This document shows, one piece after another, positions 1 through 8,746 of a DNA stretch of 24,000 nt (position 1 is the first letter of the stretch; each line of letters opens with the position of its first letter). This DNA is from an uncultured Pseudomonadota bacterium. Lineage in GTDB: Bacteria; Pseudomonadota; Alphaproteobacteria; Rhizobiales; Xanthobacteraceae. The stretch lies in NCBI GenBank assembly GCA_963829755.1, contig CAWHJV010000015.1, positions 150,758 through 174,757 of the forward strand, given 5' to 3'. The translations under genes and the position numbers were made by a program. The notes beneath the pieces are model-generated. The model saw only the letters and a program-made list of their open reading frames with translations. It had not been told where the DNA came from and made no database searches.

Positions 1-669
1 CGCTGCACCGCCTCACGGTAGGGACCGTCATACGTGCACCGCGACGCCCAATCGCGCCAGAATGCCTCGGTCTCCGCGAGGGCCTTCTCGGCGTCGAACG
101 GCGGCGGCGCCTCACGGTGGGAGCGGCGATATTGCAGGACGAACGCCTTGCGCTCGCAGGCGACGATGTCAAAGTCAGCGCTGCACCGACCATGCGAGAA
201 CGTTGGCCGCGCGCCCGCGTGCAGCGTCGCGGCATGCGGCCCGCAGATGAACTGCACAGTGCAGTCACTGGATTTGGACGTCCACGGGACCAGGCGCCCA
301 TAGTCGAAACGGAGGTCCAGATCCATGCGCAGCCGCACGCGGCCGCGCTCACCGGCGACGATGCGCACGATGCTCGAATGCTCGTCGTCGCGCACCGGCA
401 TGAAATCGATCAGCGTGACGGCGCCGTCCGCGGTCTCAAACCGGGTCTCGAGGACGAGCGTGTTCCCGCGATAGCGCCGTGTCACCTTGGCGTCGCCTGA
501 CGCGGCGATCTGCCAGCGGCCATTGCCCTCGTCCCCAAGCAGCGCCGCCAGACACGCCTCCGAGTTCGAACCGGGGCCAGCACAGCCAGTCAATGGAACC
601 GCCATTGCCGACCAATGCCGCTGTCTCGCAATCGCCAATAAGCGCATAATCGCCGATTTTGTGCGTCAT
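1..669 (-). pseudogene. Glycoside hydrolase family 15 (glucoamylase-like), N-terminal part; the gene runs off the left edge and has one frameshift
   Basis: Minus ORF 436..705 contains MTHKIGDYALIGDCETAALVGNGGSIDWLCWPRF, a typical GH15 N-terminus, then turns into Gly/Arg-rich junk. A second minus frame reads without stops from ~560 to base 1: LGDEGNGRWQIAASGDAKVTRRYRGNTLVLETRFETADGAVTLIDFMPV...AETEAFWRDWASRCTYDGPYREAVQ. The frame switch lies near 562-572. The start could be ATG 669 or ATG 705. Confidence 0.8.
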
Positions 670-723
670 CCTTTGACCAATGTTCCGACGGGAAAATTGT
701 TCCATTGGCGCCGAGGCGGCCGA

Positions 724-1421
724 CTACATCTGCTCCTTGATACCGCGCTTGATGAGCCACCAGTTCGCCGGATAGGCGGTGGCGAAGCCGACCAGCATGG
801 CGATCTGCATCATGAACCAGAACTCGGCGGTGTCGACCGCGAGCCGGACCTTCAGGACATCGCCGAACAGATAGAAATGCGCCACCGCCATAAAGCCGTA
901 CAGGCCGACCTGCCAGCACGTCAGCGACAGGCTGTCGGCCTTCAATGCCGCGACAAGGCCCTCGCCAGTGGACCGCTTTCGCATCGGCTTGATGGTGAAG
1001 TACTGAAACGCAACGCCAAATCCGAACGCGAACAGAGAATCGAGAACCCAGACAGCAAATCTCTTATCGGCGAAGATCGATCTACATCCCAACCAGACGA
1101 CAATCGGCGGAAACATCACCGCCAGCCACTCGGCCACGATGTCACCCAAGATGCAGCCCGCTCCGCAATGGGTGGTCCCCTTCCCGACCGCGACAGCGAA
1201 CGGCGGTCGGCGTCCGCCCTTCGCGTCACTGCCGTCGTCTTGTTGCGACCGAACGCCGGGTAGCCGACGAAGCTGGCGAATAGCGCCGTCATCGGCCATA
1301 CCACATTCATGATCCACATGTGCTGCGGGTACTTCGCCTCGTCGACCGCGACGACGACGGCGCCCGCCGCGCCAATCGCAAGAGAGACGATCGAGAGAAT
1401 ATGGAGCCAAACCGGTATCAC
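724..1421 (-). pseudogene. DUF4396-family integral membrane protein, one frameshift
   Basis: The N-terminus is in ORF 1116..1421 (MIPVWLHILSIVSLAIGAAG...MNVVWPMTALFASFVGYPAFGR). The rest is in a different frame inside ORF 724..1461 (SQQDDGSDAKGGRRPPFAVAVGKGTTHCGAGCILGDIVAEWL...ANWWLIKRGIKEQM). The junction is at ~1235-1250. The family call comes from the GxxHCGAGCxLGD motif and the hydrophobic profile. Confidence 0.7.
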
Positions 1422-1467
1422 GTTGAGAAATCCACCTGCCGGCGATTGCTAGGGCCGTCACGCCATC

Positions 1468-2189
1468 TCAGATTTTCATCATAACCTGCCCATACGACAG
1501 CAACGCAAACAGCGCGGTGCCCCCCACGATATTGCCGAGCAGGACCCGCGCAAAAACGCCGCTCAGCATCGGCTATATGCCCAAGTCCCCGCTCGCAAAA
1601 AGCATGAACGCTTCCATGCTTCCGGCGACAATGTGCATGAATTTGCCCACGCCGATTAGAAAGATCATCAGCGTCACCACGTGAAACTGGGCCGTGTCAG
1701 CCCCGGGACGCAGCCACACCATCGCCGCTACCAGGAATCCCGCGGCGATCCCCTTGAACAGCATTTCCCACCAGCCGACACCCAGAGCATGGCCACTCAA
1801 GTCCAGCATCGTTGCCCGCAGGTCGGGCGTCAGTACCGGGGTGAATGTGCAGCACAATGCCGAAAGCAGGGTTATAGCCAAAGCTGCTGACCAGCGGCCG
1901 CCACGGCGCGTCGGGCAAGCCCATGTAGATGATGGCCTGCGCAAGCAACGAGAAGCTGATCGAGAGACCGGCGGCAACGCCCGGCCACCACAGCGAGGTC
2001 AGCGGTCGCACCATCTCGTCCTCGCCTCTGCGGCGCACGACCTCGCAGATAATAGGCGTTCGTGGTCGAACGCTCTTCGACGAACGCGACCTCGTCCTCG
2101 CTGACATCCTGCGGCGCGCCACGCTCCGGTTGATGCTGGATCTTGGTGGCACGCCGGTTCGGCGCGCCCTTGGCTGACTTATCGGTCAT
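1468..2189 (-). pseudogene. Formate/nitrite transporter (FNT, YfdC-like) family channel, heavily degraded
   Basis: Three minus frames carry consecutive pieces. Piece 1: MTDKSAKGAP...SEDEVAFVEERS (ORF 1872..2207). Piece 2: RTPIICEVVRRRGEDEMVRPLTSLWWPGVAAGLSISFSLLAQAIIYMGLPDAPWRPLVSSFGY (ORF 1697..2152). Piece 3: LLSALCCTFTPVLTPDLRATMLDLSGHALGVGWWEMLFKGIAAGFLVAAMVWL...FMHIVAGSMEAFMLFASGDLGI (ORF 1573..1977). An in-frame TAG at 1573-1575 follows, then the same frame continues PMLSGVFARVLLGNIVGGTALFALLSYGQVMMKI to a stop at 1468-1470. FGY ends at 1874 and LLSALCC starts at ~1869, so the central FTENT-type segment has no room in any frame. Confidence 0.8.
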
Positions 2190-2213
2190 GTCCGTCCTTT
2201 CGCGCACGGCAAA

Positions 2214-2622
2214 TCATCTGAGTGTCAAATAATGGCACCCGCTGACGATACGCACTTTCACGTGCTCAGTCGGCTGGATATCGAATGCCTGCTGCGGCGA
2301 ACGACGGGCTGGCGCAAAGAATTGAAGTCGATCCTCTTCAGCATCTGATCCAGGAAATTGCGCATCTGTAACGCCACCACACCAAAGCGCGTTCCACATC
2401 CAAAGATGATGGCGTCATAGCTCGGCAATTCATCAATCAAGGCGATGGGCGCCGGCTGGTCGAGTTTATAGCCGCATTTTTGGGCGAGCTCTTGGGCACC
2501 AGTTCCGGCACCCGTTTGACGACGGCCGTGGCGCCGCTTGATCGGGCGCCTTCGGCCTCTGCCTCCGCCATTCTCTCGATATGGCCGTACGCGGAATAAG
2601 AGAGCACGAGTACGTTTGTCAT
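2214..2622 (-). pseudogene. wrbA: NAD(P)H:quinone oxidoreductase WrbA (flavodoxin-like), frameshifted with an internal deletion
   Basis: ORF 2437..2622 starts [43 protein letters not shown]. After a frame switch near 2488 the sequence continues [49 protein letters not shown] (in ORF 2258..2755). Homology stops at ~2345. Only a mosaic C-terminal trace remains (RQP..., [17 protein letters not shown]) before 2214. Total span is ~136 codons against ~200 expected for WrbA. Confidence 0.75.
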
Positions 2623-2678
2623 GCAGTCCCTCGTCTCGACCTGGCGCGTCGGTCAGCGAAGCGTGGCCGCGCGATGGC

Positions 2679-3146
2679 CTACAGCGGTGGATCATTCGTT
2701 CGATCGCCGACAACGGTTGCCCGGCTGTGAGCTCCACCCGGACGCGACACCTCACGCAGCGCGTCGACGGCGCCCCCGTTGTCCTGACCGACCGCGACGT
2801 CGCCCAGGGAGAGAATACCGACCAGAGTCTTGTCGCGGTTCACAACCGGCATGCGTCGCACCTGCAGTTCGCCCATGTCGCGCATGACGTCGTCGACCTC
2901 CTGGTCGTCGAAACAGTATCTGACTTCCGGCGTCATGATGTCGCGCACCTTGGCATTCAGCCCTTTGTTCCCTGCCACACCTTTAACGACAATGTCGCGG
3001 TCGGTGATCATGCCGACCAGCCGAGCGTCTTCCGCAATCGGAAGCGCACCGGCGTTCAAACCGGCCATCTTCTTGGCCACTTCTTGAACGGTGTCCTGGG
3101 CGCTCGCAGTGATAACTTCCTTCGTCATGACTTCGCTGACTTTCAT
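2679..3146 (-). CDS. CBS-pair domain protein (155 aa), intact
   Basis: [58 protein letters not shown]...[52 protein letters not shown] shows two CBS repeats. A GGAGG sequence lies ~7 nt upstream of the ATG. Confidence 0.9.
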   Translation of the reverse strand: MKVSEVMTKEVITASAQDTVQEVAKKMAGLNAGALPIAEDARLVGMITDRDIVVKGVAGNKGLNAKVRDIMTPEVRYCFDDQEVDDVMRDMGELQVRRMPVVNRDKTLVGILSLGDVAVGQDNGGAVDALREVSRPGGAHSRATVVGDRTNDPPL

Positions 3147-3315
3147 GCGAGACCCCTCCGCAACAATATCCAGAGCACTTTCCAGCGGTCTTCCGGCGCC
3201 AAGGCTGTTTGTCCCCGATGAAATCGTTTCGGTACGTCAATCGCCCAGGTGCCCGCGCGTTCCTGACACTCCTCGATTTTTGCATAGGCACTCGAATCAA
3301 GAGACCTTCGACGCC

Positions 3316-3939
3316 ATGGCCGGCGGCCTGCAACAGGCCATCCAGGTCAAGGACATGCTGTTGCGCGAGTTGAACCACCGGGTCATGAACAGCCTGCAAA
3401 CCATAAGCGCGCTGTTCAGCATGCTGTTGCGCGCGCTGGACGATCCGGATGCGCGCACCCAATTCAGTGACGCGGTGAGCCGCATCAACTCGATTGCGCT
3501 TGCCTACCGTCGCATGCATGCCGCCGAGGGCGCCGAGACGATCGATCTCGCAGAATTTCTTGCTGAACTATGCGCCGACATCGGCAATTCCCTGATGCCG
3601 GAAGGCAGCCCCTGCCGCGTCGAAGGCGAACCGCTGCTGCTCGGGTCGCAAGAGGCGAGCTCACTGGCATTGATTGTCAACGAGCTTCTGACCAATGCCA
3701 TCAAGTACGGCAATAACGGCTCGCCGATCGACGTGACTCTCGCCAGGGCCGGCGACGCCTACCGTCTCTCCATCCGCAACGAAGGGAGGCGACCGCCCGA
3801 CTACGATCTGGAGGATCAATCCGTGTTCGGCATCCGCATGGTGAGGATGCTGGCAGACCGGATGGGCGGCTGGCTCGAGGTCGCCAGCACCGCGGGCTAT
3901 ACGGAGTTCAGCGTCACCTTCACGCCGCCGCCGAAATAG
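3316..3939 (+). CDS. HisKA_2-type sensor histidine kinase core (H-box plus ATPase) with no sensor domain
   Basis: The H-box is LLRELNHRVMNSLQTISALFSML, the N-box is IVNELLTNAIKYG, and the C-terminal ATPase region is FGIRMVRMLADRMGGWLEV. The track ORF starts at 3091 but would then overlap the divergent CBS gene. ATG 3316 (MAGGLQQAIQVKD...) is the first start clear of it, leaving only ~13 residues before the dimerisation helix. Confidence 0.8.
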   Translation: MAGGLQQAIQVKDMLLRELNHRVMNSLQTISALFSMLLRALDDPDARTQFSDAVSRINSIALAYRRMHAAEGAETIDLAEFLAELCADIGNSLMPEGSPCRVEGEPLLLGSQEASSLALIVNELLTNAIKYGNNGSPIDVTLARAGDAYRLSIRNEGRRPPDYDLEDQSVFGIRMVRMLADRMGGWLEVASTAGYTEFSVTFTPPPK

Positions 3940-4052
3940 CGGTCGCCGCACGATCAGCCCCCCCGCCATCTTCCTCCTCGCCATACCCCTCTCCTTCCCT
4001 GGTCATATGCTCTCAATCCGCCTGTTCTAGAATAGGCCGGCAAAGTCATTCT

Positions 4053-4077
4053 GACGGAACAAATACAGACGGAACAA
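4053..4077. repeat. Direct repeat GACGGAACAA x2 (15-bp period) upstream of cyoA
   Basis: gacggaacaa occurs at 4053-4062 and again at 4068-4077 in the AT-richer cyoA upstream region. The palindrome TTCTAGAA lies at 4026-4033, and a GC hairpin gcccgc-N7-gcgggc lies at 4118-4136. Confidence 0.5.
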
Positions 4078-4173
4078 TTCGCAACATAGAGCATTTGTAC
4101 GAAGGGGACGTAATCGCGCCCGCGAGCGCAGCGGGCTAGGTGCGTGTTCTACCTATCAGGCAAGAGCCCGTTC

Positions 4174-5121
4174 ATGTCGCTATTCAAGTCGAAGCATTTT
4201 CGGCACCTGACGATTTTGTCATTGATCGCCTTCACGCTCAGCGGCTGCTCGCCCATATCGTCTGACCTCTCATCCAGCTTCTTGGCGCCGTCGGGCCCCG
4301 TTGCCGCGTCGCAGCGGCAGCTGTTCTTCGATGTCATCGGCTGGATGATGATCGTCATCGTGCCGGTATTCCTACTGGTGCCGCTATTTGCCTGGCGCTA
4401 TCGGCGCGGCAACAGGAACGCTCAATACCGGCCGGACTGGACGTTCTCCTGGCCGCTGGAGATCGTCATCTGGGGCGTGCCGGTCGCGGTCGTCGGCGTC
4501 CTGTCCTATCTGATCTGCGTGCGGGAATCGCCGCTCGATCCGTATCGGGCGCTGGCCTCGTCGCAGCCGCCGCTTCAGGTCGAGGTTGTCGGTCTCGATT
4601 GGAAATGGCTGTTCATCTATCCCGAGCAGCACATCGCGACGGTCGGCGCGCTCGCCTTGCCGAAGGACCGTGCGGTGCGCTTCCGGCTGACCAGCGACAC
4701 GGTGATGCAGTCCTTCTACATCCCGGCCCTTGGCAGCCAGATCTACGCCATGGCCGGGATGGTAACTAAATTGAACCTCAAGGCCAATCGCCTCGGCCGG
4801 ACGCGCGGCGAGAACACGCAATTCAACGGCCTCGAATTTCAGAACCAGAAGTTCACGGTTTCCATCATGCGCCCGCAAGGCTTCACGGCATGGGTTGAGA
4901 AGGTCCGCACGGACGGCATGCCGCTCGACGCAGCCGCCTACAAGAAACTGTCGCGCAAGAGCACCGCGGCTCAGGCACACCGGCAACTGGGCATGACCGG
5001 CATGCCGGCGTCCGCCCTCTATTTCTCGACCGTCAAGCCGGGCTTCTTCAGCGGCATTGTCGACAAGTATCGCGGCGCGCCGCGTCCCCATCTTGAGACA
5101 GTTTCCGCAGGCGGGCCATGA
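4174..5121 (+). CDS. cyoA: Cytochrome o ubiquinol oxidase subunit II, lipoprotein, apparently intact
   Basis: The signal peptide and lipobox read MSLFKSKHFRHLTILSLIAFTLSGC. Subunit II motifs are VEVVGLDWKWLFIYPEQHIATV, VMQSFYIPALGSQIYAMAGM and YFSTVKPGFFSGIVDKY. An alternative GTG start lies at 4144. The stop TGA 5119-5121 overlaps ATG 5118. Confidence 0.9.
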   Translation: MSLFKSKHFRHLTILSLIAFTLSGCSPISSDLSSSFLAPSGPVAASQRQLFFDVIGWMMIVIVPVFLLVPLFAWRYRRGNRNAQYRPDWTFSWPLEIVIWGVPVAVVGVLSYLICVRESPLDPYRALASSQPPLQVEVVGLDWKWLFIYPEQHIATVGALALPKDRAVRFRLTSDTVMQSFYIPALGSQIYAMAGMVTKLNLKANRLGRTRGENTQFNGLEFQNQKFTVSIMRPQGFTAWVEKVRTDGMPLDAAAYKKLSRKSTAAQAHRQLGMTGMPASALYFSTVKPGFFSGIVDKYRGAPRPHLETVSAGGP

Positions 5122-7188
5122 ACGCAATGGGCTGGTGGTATATCTGTCTTCGGTAAGCTCTCCTATGGCGCCTTGCCCTTCTACAGCGGCATCGCGACCG
5201 GCGCCGCCTCGCTGGTCGTGCTCTGCGCGATCGCCACGGTGGCGCTCATCACCTGGTACGGCAAATGGGGCTATCTCTGGCGCGAGTGGCTCACCAGCGT
5301 CGACCACAAGCGCATCGGCATCATGTACATCGCGATATCGCTTGTGATGCTATCACGCGCGGTGATCGAGGCGGCCATGATGCGGCTGCAGCAGGCGGTG
5401 TCCTTTAACGTACCAGGTTACCTACCACCCGAACATTTCGCGCAACTCTTCAGCACCCACGGTACCATCATGATCTTTTTCATGGCGATGCCGTTCCTCA
5501 CCGGATTGATCAACTACGCAGTCCCGCTACAGATCGGCGCGCGCGACGTCTCCTTCCCGGTGATGAACTCGATCAGCCTGGGGCTGACCGCCGGCGGGGC
5601 CGGGCTCATGATGATCTCGCTCGTGCTTGGCAAATTCTCGACCGGAGGCTGGAGCGGCTATCCGCCCTATACGGAGCTGGCGTTCAACCCGGGCGTCGGG
5701 CCCGATTACTGGATCTGGGCGCTGACGCTGAGCTCCATCGCCTCGACCATGACCGGCATCAATTTCGCCGTGACGATCTATAAGCGGCGCACCAAAGGCA
5801 TGACTCTCTTCCGCATGCCTTTGTTCACCTGGACGGCTTTGACCACCAGCATCCTGATGATCTTCGCCATGCCGCCGCTGACCGTCGCCACCGCGCTGCT
5901 GGCCGCCGACCGCTATCTCGGCATGCATTTCTTCACCAATGCGCTGGGCGGCAATATGATGAATTTCGCCAACCTGTTCTGGCTGTTTGGGCATCCAGAG
6001 GTCTACATTCTCATTCTGCCGGCCTTCGGCGTCTATTCGGAAGTCATCGCGAATTTCTCGTCGAAGGCGCTCTACGGCTACCGCTCGCTGGTCTACGCCA
6101 CCATGGCGATCGGCGTCGTCTCCTTCGCCGTCTGGCTGCACCACTTCTTCACCATGGGCCAGAGCGCCAACATCAACGCGGTGTTCGGCATCGCCACCAT
6201 GGTGGTCGGCATCCCGACCGGCGTGAAGATCTACGACTGGATCCTCACCATGTTCCGCGGGCGGGTGCGCTTCGCGGTGCCGATGCTCTATGCGCTCGCC
6301 TTCCTGGTGCTGTTTCCGATCGGCGGGCTGACCGGCATCCTGCTGGCCAATCCGGCGATCGACTACCAGGTCCACAACACCCTGTTCCTGGTGGCGCACT
6401 TCCACAACATGCTGATCCCGGGGCTGCTTGTTCGGCATGATCGCCGGCTATCACTACTGGTTTCCGAAAGCGTTCGGCTTCCGGCTCGACGAGACCTGGG
6501 GCCGCATCGCCTTCGGGCTGTGGGTCATCGGCTTCCTGCTCGCCTTCATGCCGCTCTACGCGCTCGGGCTGCTGGGCATGCCGCGTCGCACAGTGGAATA
6601 TTTCAATCCGGCCTATCTGCCCTACACCATCGTCGCGGTGTTCGGCGCCGCGCTCATCCTGTGCGCGCTGGCAGTCTGTTCGTGCAGCTCTGGGTCAGCA
6701 TCCGCCGGCGCGAACAGACCCGCGTGTTCGCCGGCGATCCCTGGAACGGCCGCACGCTGGAATGGAGTCGGCCCGGCCCGCCGCCGGAATACAATTTCCC
6801 GGTCGCTGCCGGTCGTGCACGAGCGCGATCCGTTCTTCGCCAGCAAGTGCCGCGGCGACGCCTACCGGCCGCCGGCGGAATACGAGGACATCGAGATGCC
6901 GCGCAACAGCGCGCTCGGGCCGGTAGTCGGCGTCGCCGGCGCGGCGGCCGCCTTCGGTCTGGTCTGGCACATCTGGTGGATGGCGGCCGTCGGCGTGCTG
7001 GTGACGTGGGGCGCGGTCATCGCCCGCAGCTTCGTGCGCGACACCATCCGCGTGATCTCCGCCGACGAGGTGAAGCGAGACCGAAGAGCGCTGGCTGCGA
7101 CGGCCGTCGCCGCCGCGCACGAGCGTGTCGCGCGACGACGAGGTCACGGCGGCCAACCAGGGACTGGCGGAGGTGACGTGCGGCATGA
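5118..7188 (+). pseudogene. cyoB: Cytochrome o ubiquinol oxidase subunit I, multiple frameshifts
   Basis: ATG 5118 (ATGA overlap with cyoA) gives MNAMGWWYICLR then a stop. The conserved FGKLSYGALPF...WLTSVDHKRIGIMY... is in another frame and has no canonical start of its own. Further switches occur at four places. At ~6415-6428, ...FLVAHFHNMLIPG is followed by LFGMIAGYHYWFPKAFG. At ~6672-6678, AALILCALA is followed by LFVQLWVSIRRREQTRVFAGDPWNGRTLEW. At ~6800-6810, EYNFPV is followed by LPVVHERDPFF. A probable further switch lies at ~7075-7090. The 3' end is ambiguous because no frame gives a clean stop next to the cyoC start. Confidence 0.85.
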
Positions 7189-7810
7189 GCGTGACCGAAC
7201 GTGCTTCATCCCGGCATCAATCTCGGCGCCACCGAGCCGGAGACCCATGCCGCCGCCGAGGAGAAGGTGTTCGGCTTCTGGGTCTTCCTGATGAGCGACC
7301 TCATCATCTTCTGCGCTGCTGTTCGCGACCTATGCGATCATGCTGCCGGCGACGGCGGGCGGGCCGACGCCGAAGGACGTCTTCGAGATCAAGAGCGCGG
7401 CCATCGAGACCGGCGTGCTGCTCACCAGCAGCTTCACCTTCGGCATGGCGTCGCTGGCGATGAAATACAGCCGCAGCCGCGGCCTGCTGCTGTTCTGGCT
7501 GGCGGTGACGCTGCTGCTCGGGCTCGGCGTTCCTCGGCTTCGAGGTGCACGATTTCCTGCATTCGTCTCGGAAGGCGCGGCGCCGAGCCGCAGCGGCTTC
7601 CTGTCGGCGCTGTTCGTGCTGGTCTCGACCCACGGGCTTCACGTCACCGCCGGCTGCATCTGGATCGTCATCATGATGGTGCAGGTGCTGGTGTTCGGTG
7701 TCGACCGCGACGTGAAGGTGCGGCTGCTCCGGCTCGGCCTGTTCTGGCACTTCCTCGACATCGTCTGGGTCGGGATCTTTTCGGTGGTGTTTCTGCTGGG
7801 GCTGGCGTGA
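7185..7810 (+). pseudogene. cyoC: Cytochrome o ubiquinol oxidase subunit III, frameshifted
   Basis: ATG 7185 gives MSVTE... The conserved LHPGINLGATEPETHAAAEEKVFGFWVFLMSDLIIF is in the frame of ORF 7201..8202 (GTG 7201 is an alternative start). After a switch at ~7310 the protein continues SALLFATYAIMLPATAGGPTPKDVFEIKSAAIETGVLLTSSFTFGMASLAM... in ORF 7340..7810, ending FWHFLDIVWVGIFSVVFLLGLA. Inside that ORF, bases 7529-7564 are locally out of frame (see finding). Confidence 0.85.
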
Positions 7811-7983
7811 TAGCCCGCGGCGCCGACAATGGACGGCGGCGGCGGCGCGGCCGGGGCGGCGGCCTCCTGGACGTGCTGCTGGCCGTGCTGACGCTCGGCC
7901 TGATTGTCTGGTACCGCGCGGCGCGAGCGCGGCAGCATGGTGGCAATGCTCTTTTCAATGCCGTTACGGCTGGAGCCGGGGTG

Positions 7984-8296
7984 ATGGATCACAGCGCGGA
8001 ATACAAATCGGAACTGCGGACCTACATCGCCGGCTTCGTTCTGGCCGTGCTGCTGACCGTGCCGCCCTTCGCTTTCGTGGCGTGGCACGGCGCCTCGCGC
8101 ATCGACCCTCCTGTGGATCATCGCCGGCACCGCGGTGGCGCAGATCGCGGTGCACTTCCGCTTCTTCCTGCACATCAATCTGTCGAAGTCGAAGCGCGAT
8201 GACCTGCAGCTGATACTGTTCTCGCTGCTGATCGTCGTGATGATGGCTGGCGGGACGGTTTGGATCCTCAGCAATCTTCGCCAGCGGATGATGTAG
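7984..8296 (+). pseudogene. cyoD: Cytochrome o ubiquinol oxidase subunit IV, one frameshift
   Basis: ATG 7984 gives MDHSAEYKSELRTYIAGFVLAVLLTVPPFAFVAWHGASR. A frame switch near 8105-8112 then leads to LWIIAGTAVAQIAVHFRFFLHINLSKSKRDDLQLILFSLLIVVMMAGGTVWILSNLRQRMM, with stop TAG at 8294-8296. Confidence 0.8.
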
Positions 8297-8746
8297 CGCC
8301 GCGTTTTTTCGGTCGTTCCTGGTGCGAGGGCAGCCGTGCGGCGAACGAAACACGCCCAATTGAGCACCTATTTTCGGCTTATTGCCGCTCATTTCAACAT
8401 CCGGCAAACCGGTCCATCTGGTCGTCCAGCGTCAATGCCGGAGCAGCGAAGAAGCCGTCAACTTCGGGCGGTTTCCCAAGTACGACCCCAGTATGCCATT
8501 GGGTGTGCGGATCGCCGACGGTGGGGTTTCCCACGCGAGGCATTCGCGGCGCTTCGTGTATCCCACCGCACGCATCCCGCCACGCCGGCCATGACACGGA
8601 ACTTCTCCCCGCCGCAGATGTTGAACTATTGACCTGCGCGTCTTTAAGCGGACGCGGCGGAATGATCGGACTGGCGAGGTTGCCGGGGCGTGCGAGGCGC
8701 AAGATTAGGATCCCCAGCGAGACCGGATCGTGCTGCGCCGGCATGC

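Noticed and set aside
1573-1575. In-frame TAG in the FNT gene as a recoded (pyrrolysine-type or read-through) codon.
   Set aside because: The same gene has two frameshifts and a missing core segment, nothing in the window suggests pyl machinery, and a simple nonsense mutation is far more likely.
3147-3315. EcfG-type general stress promoter (GGAAC-N16/17-CGTT) in the CBS/kinase intergenic region.
   Set aside because: A GGAAC is present on the minus strand, but the nearest CGT(T/A) element is ~22 nt away, outside the allowed spacing. I make no call.
7831-7860. GGC-rich run as a tandem repeat or CRISPR-like element.
   Set aside because: It is only a short imperfect trinucleotide run in GC-rich DNA, with no repeat-spacer periodicity anywhere in the window.
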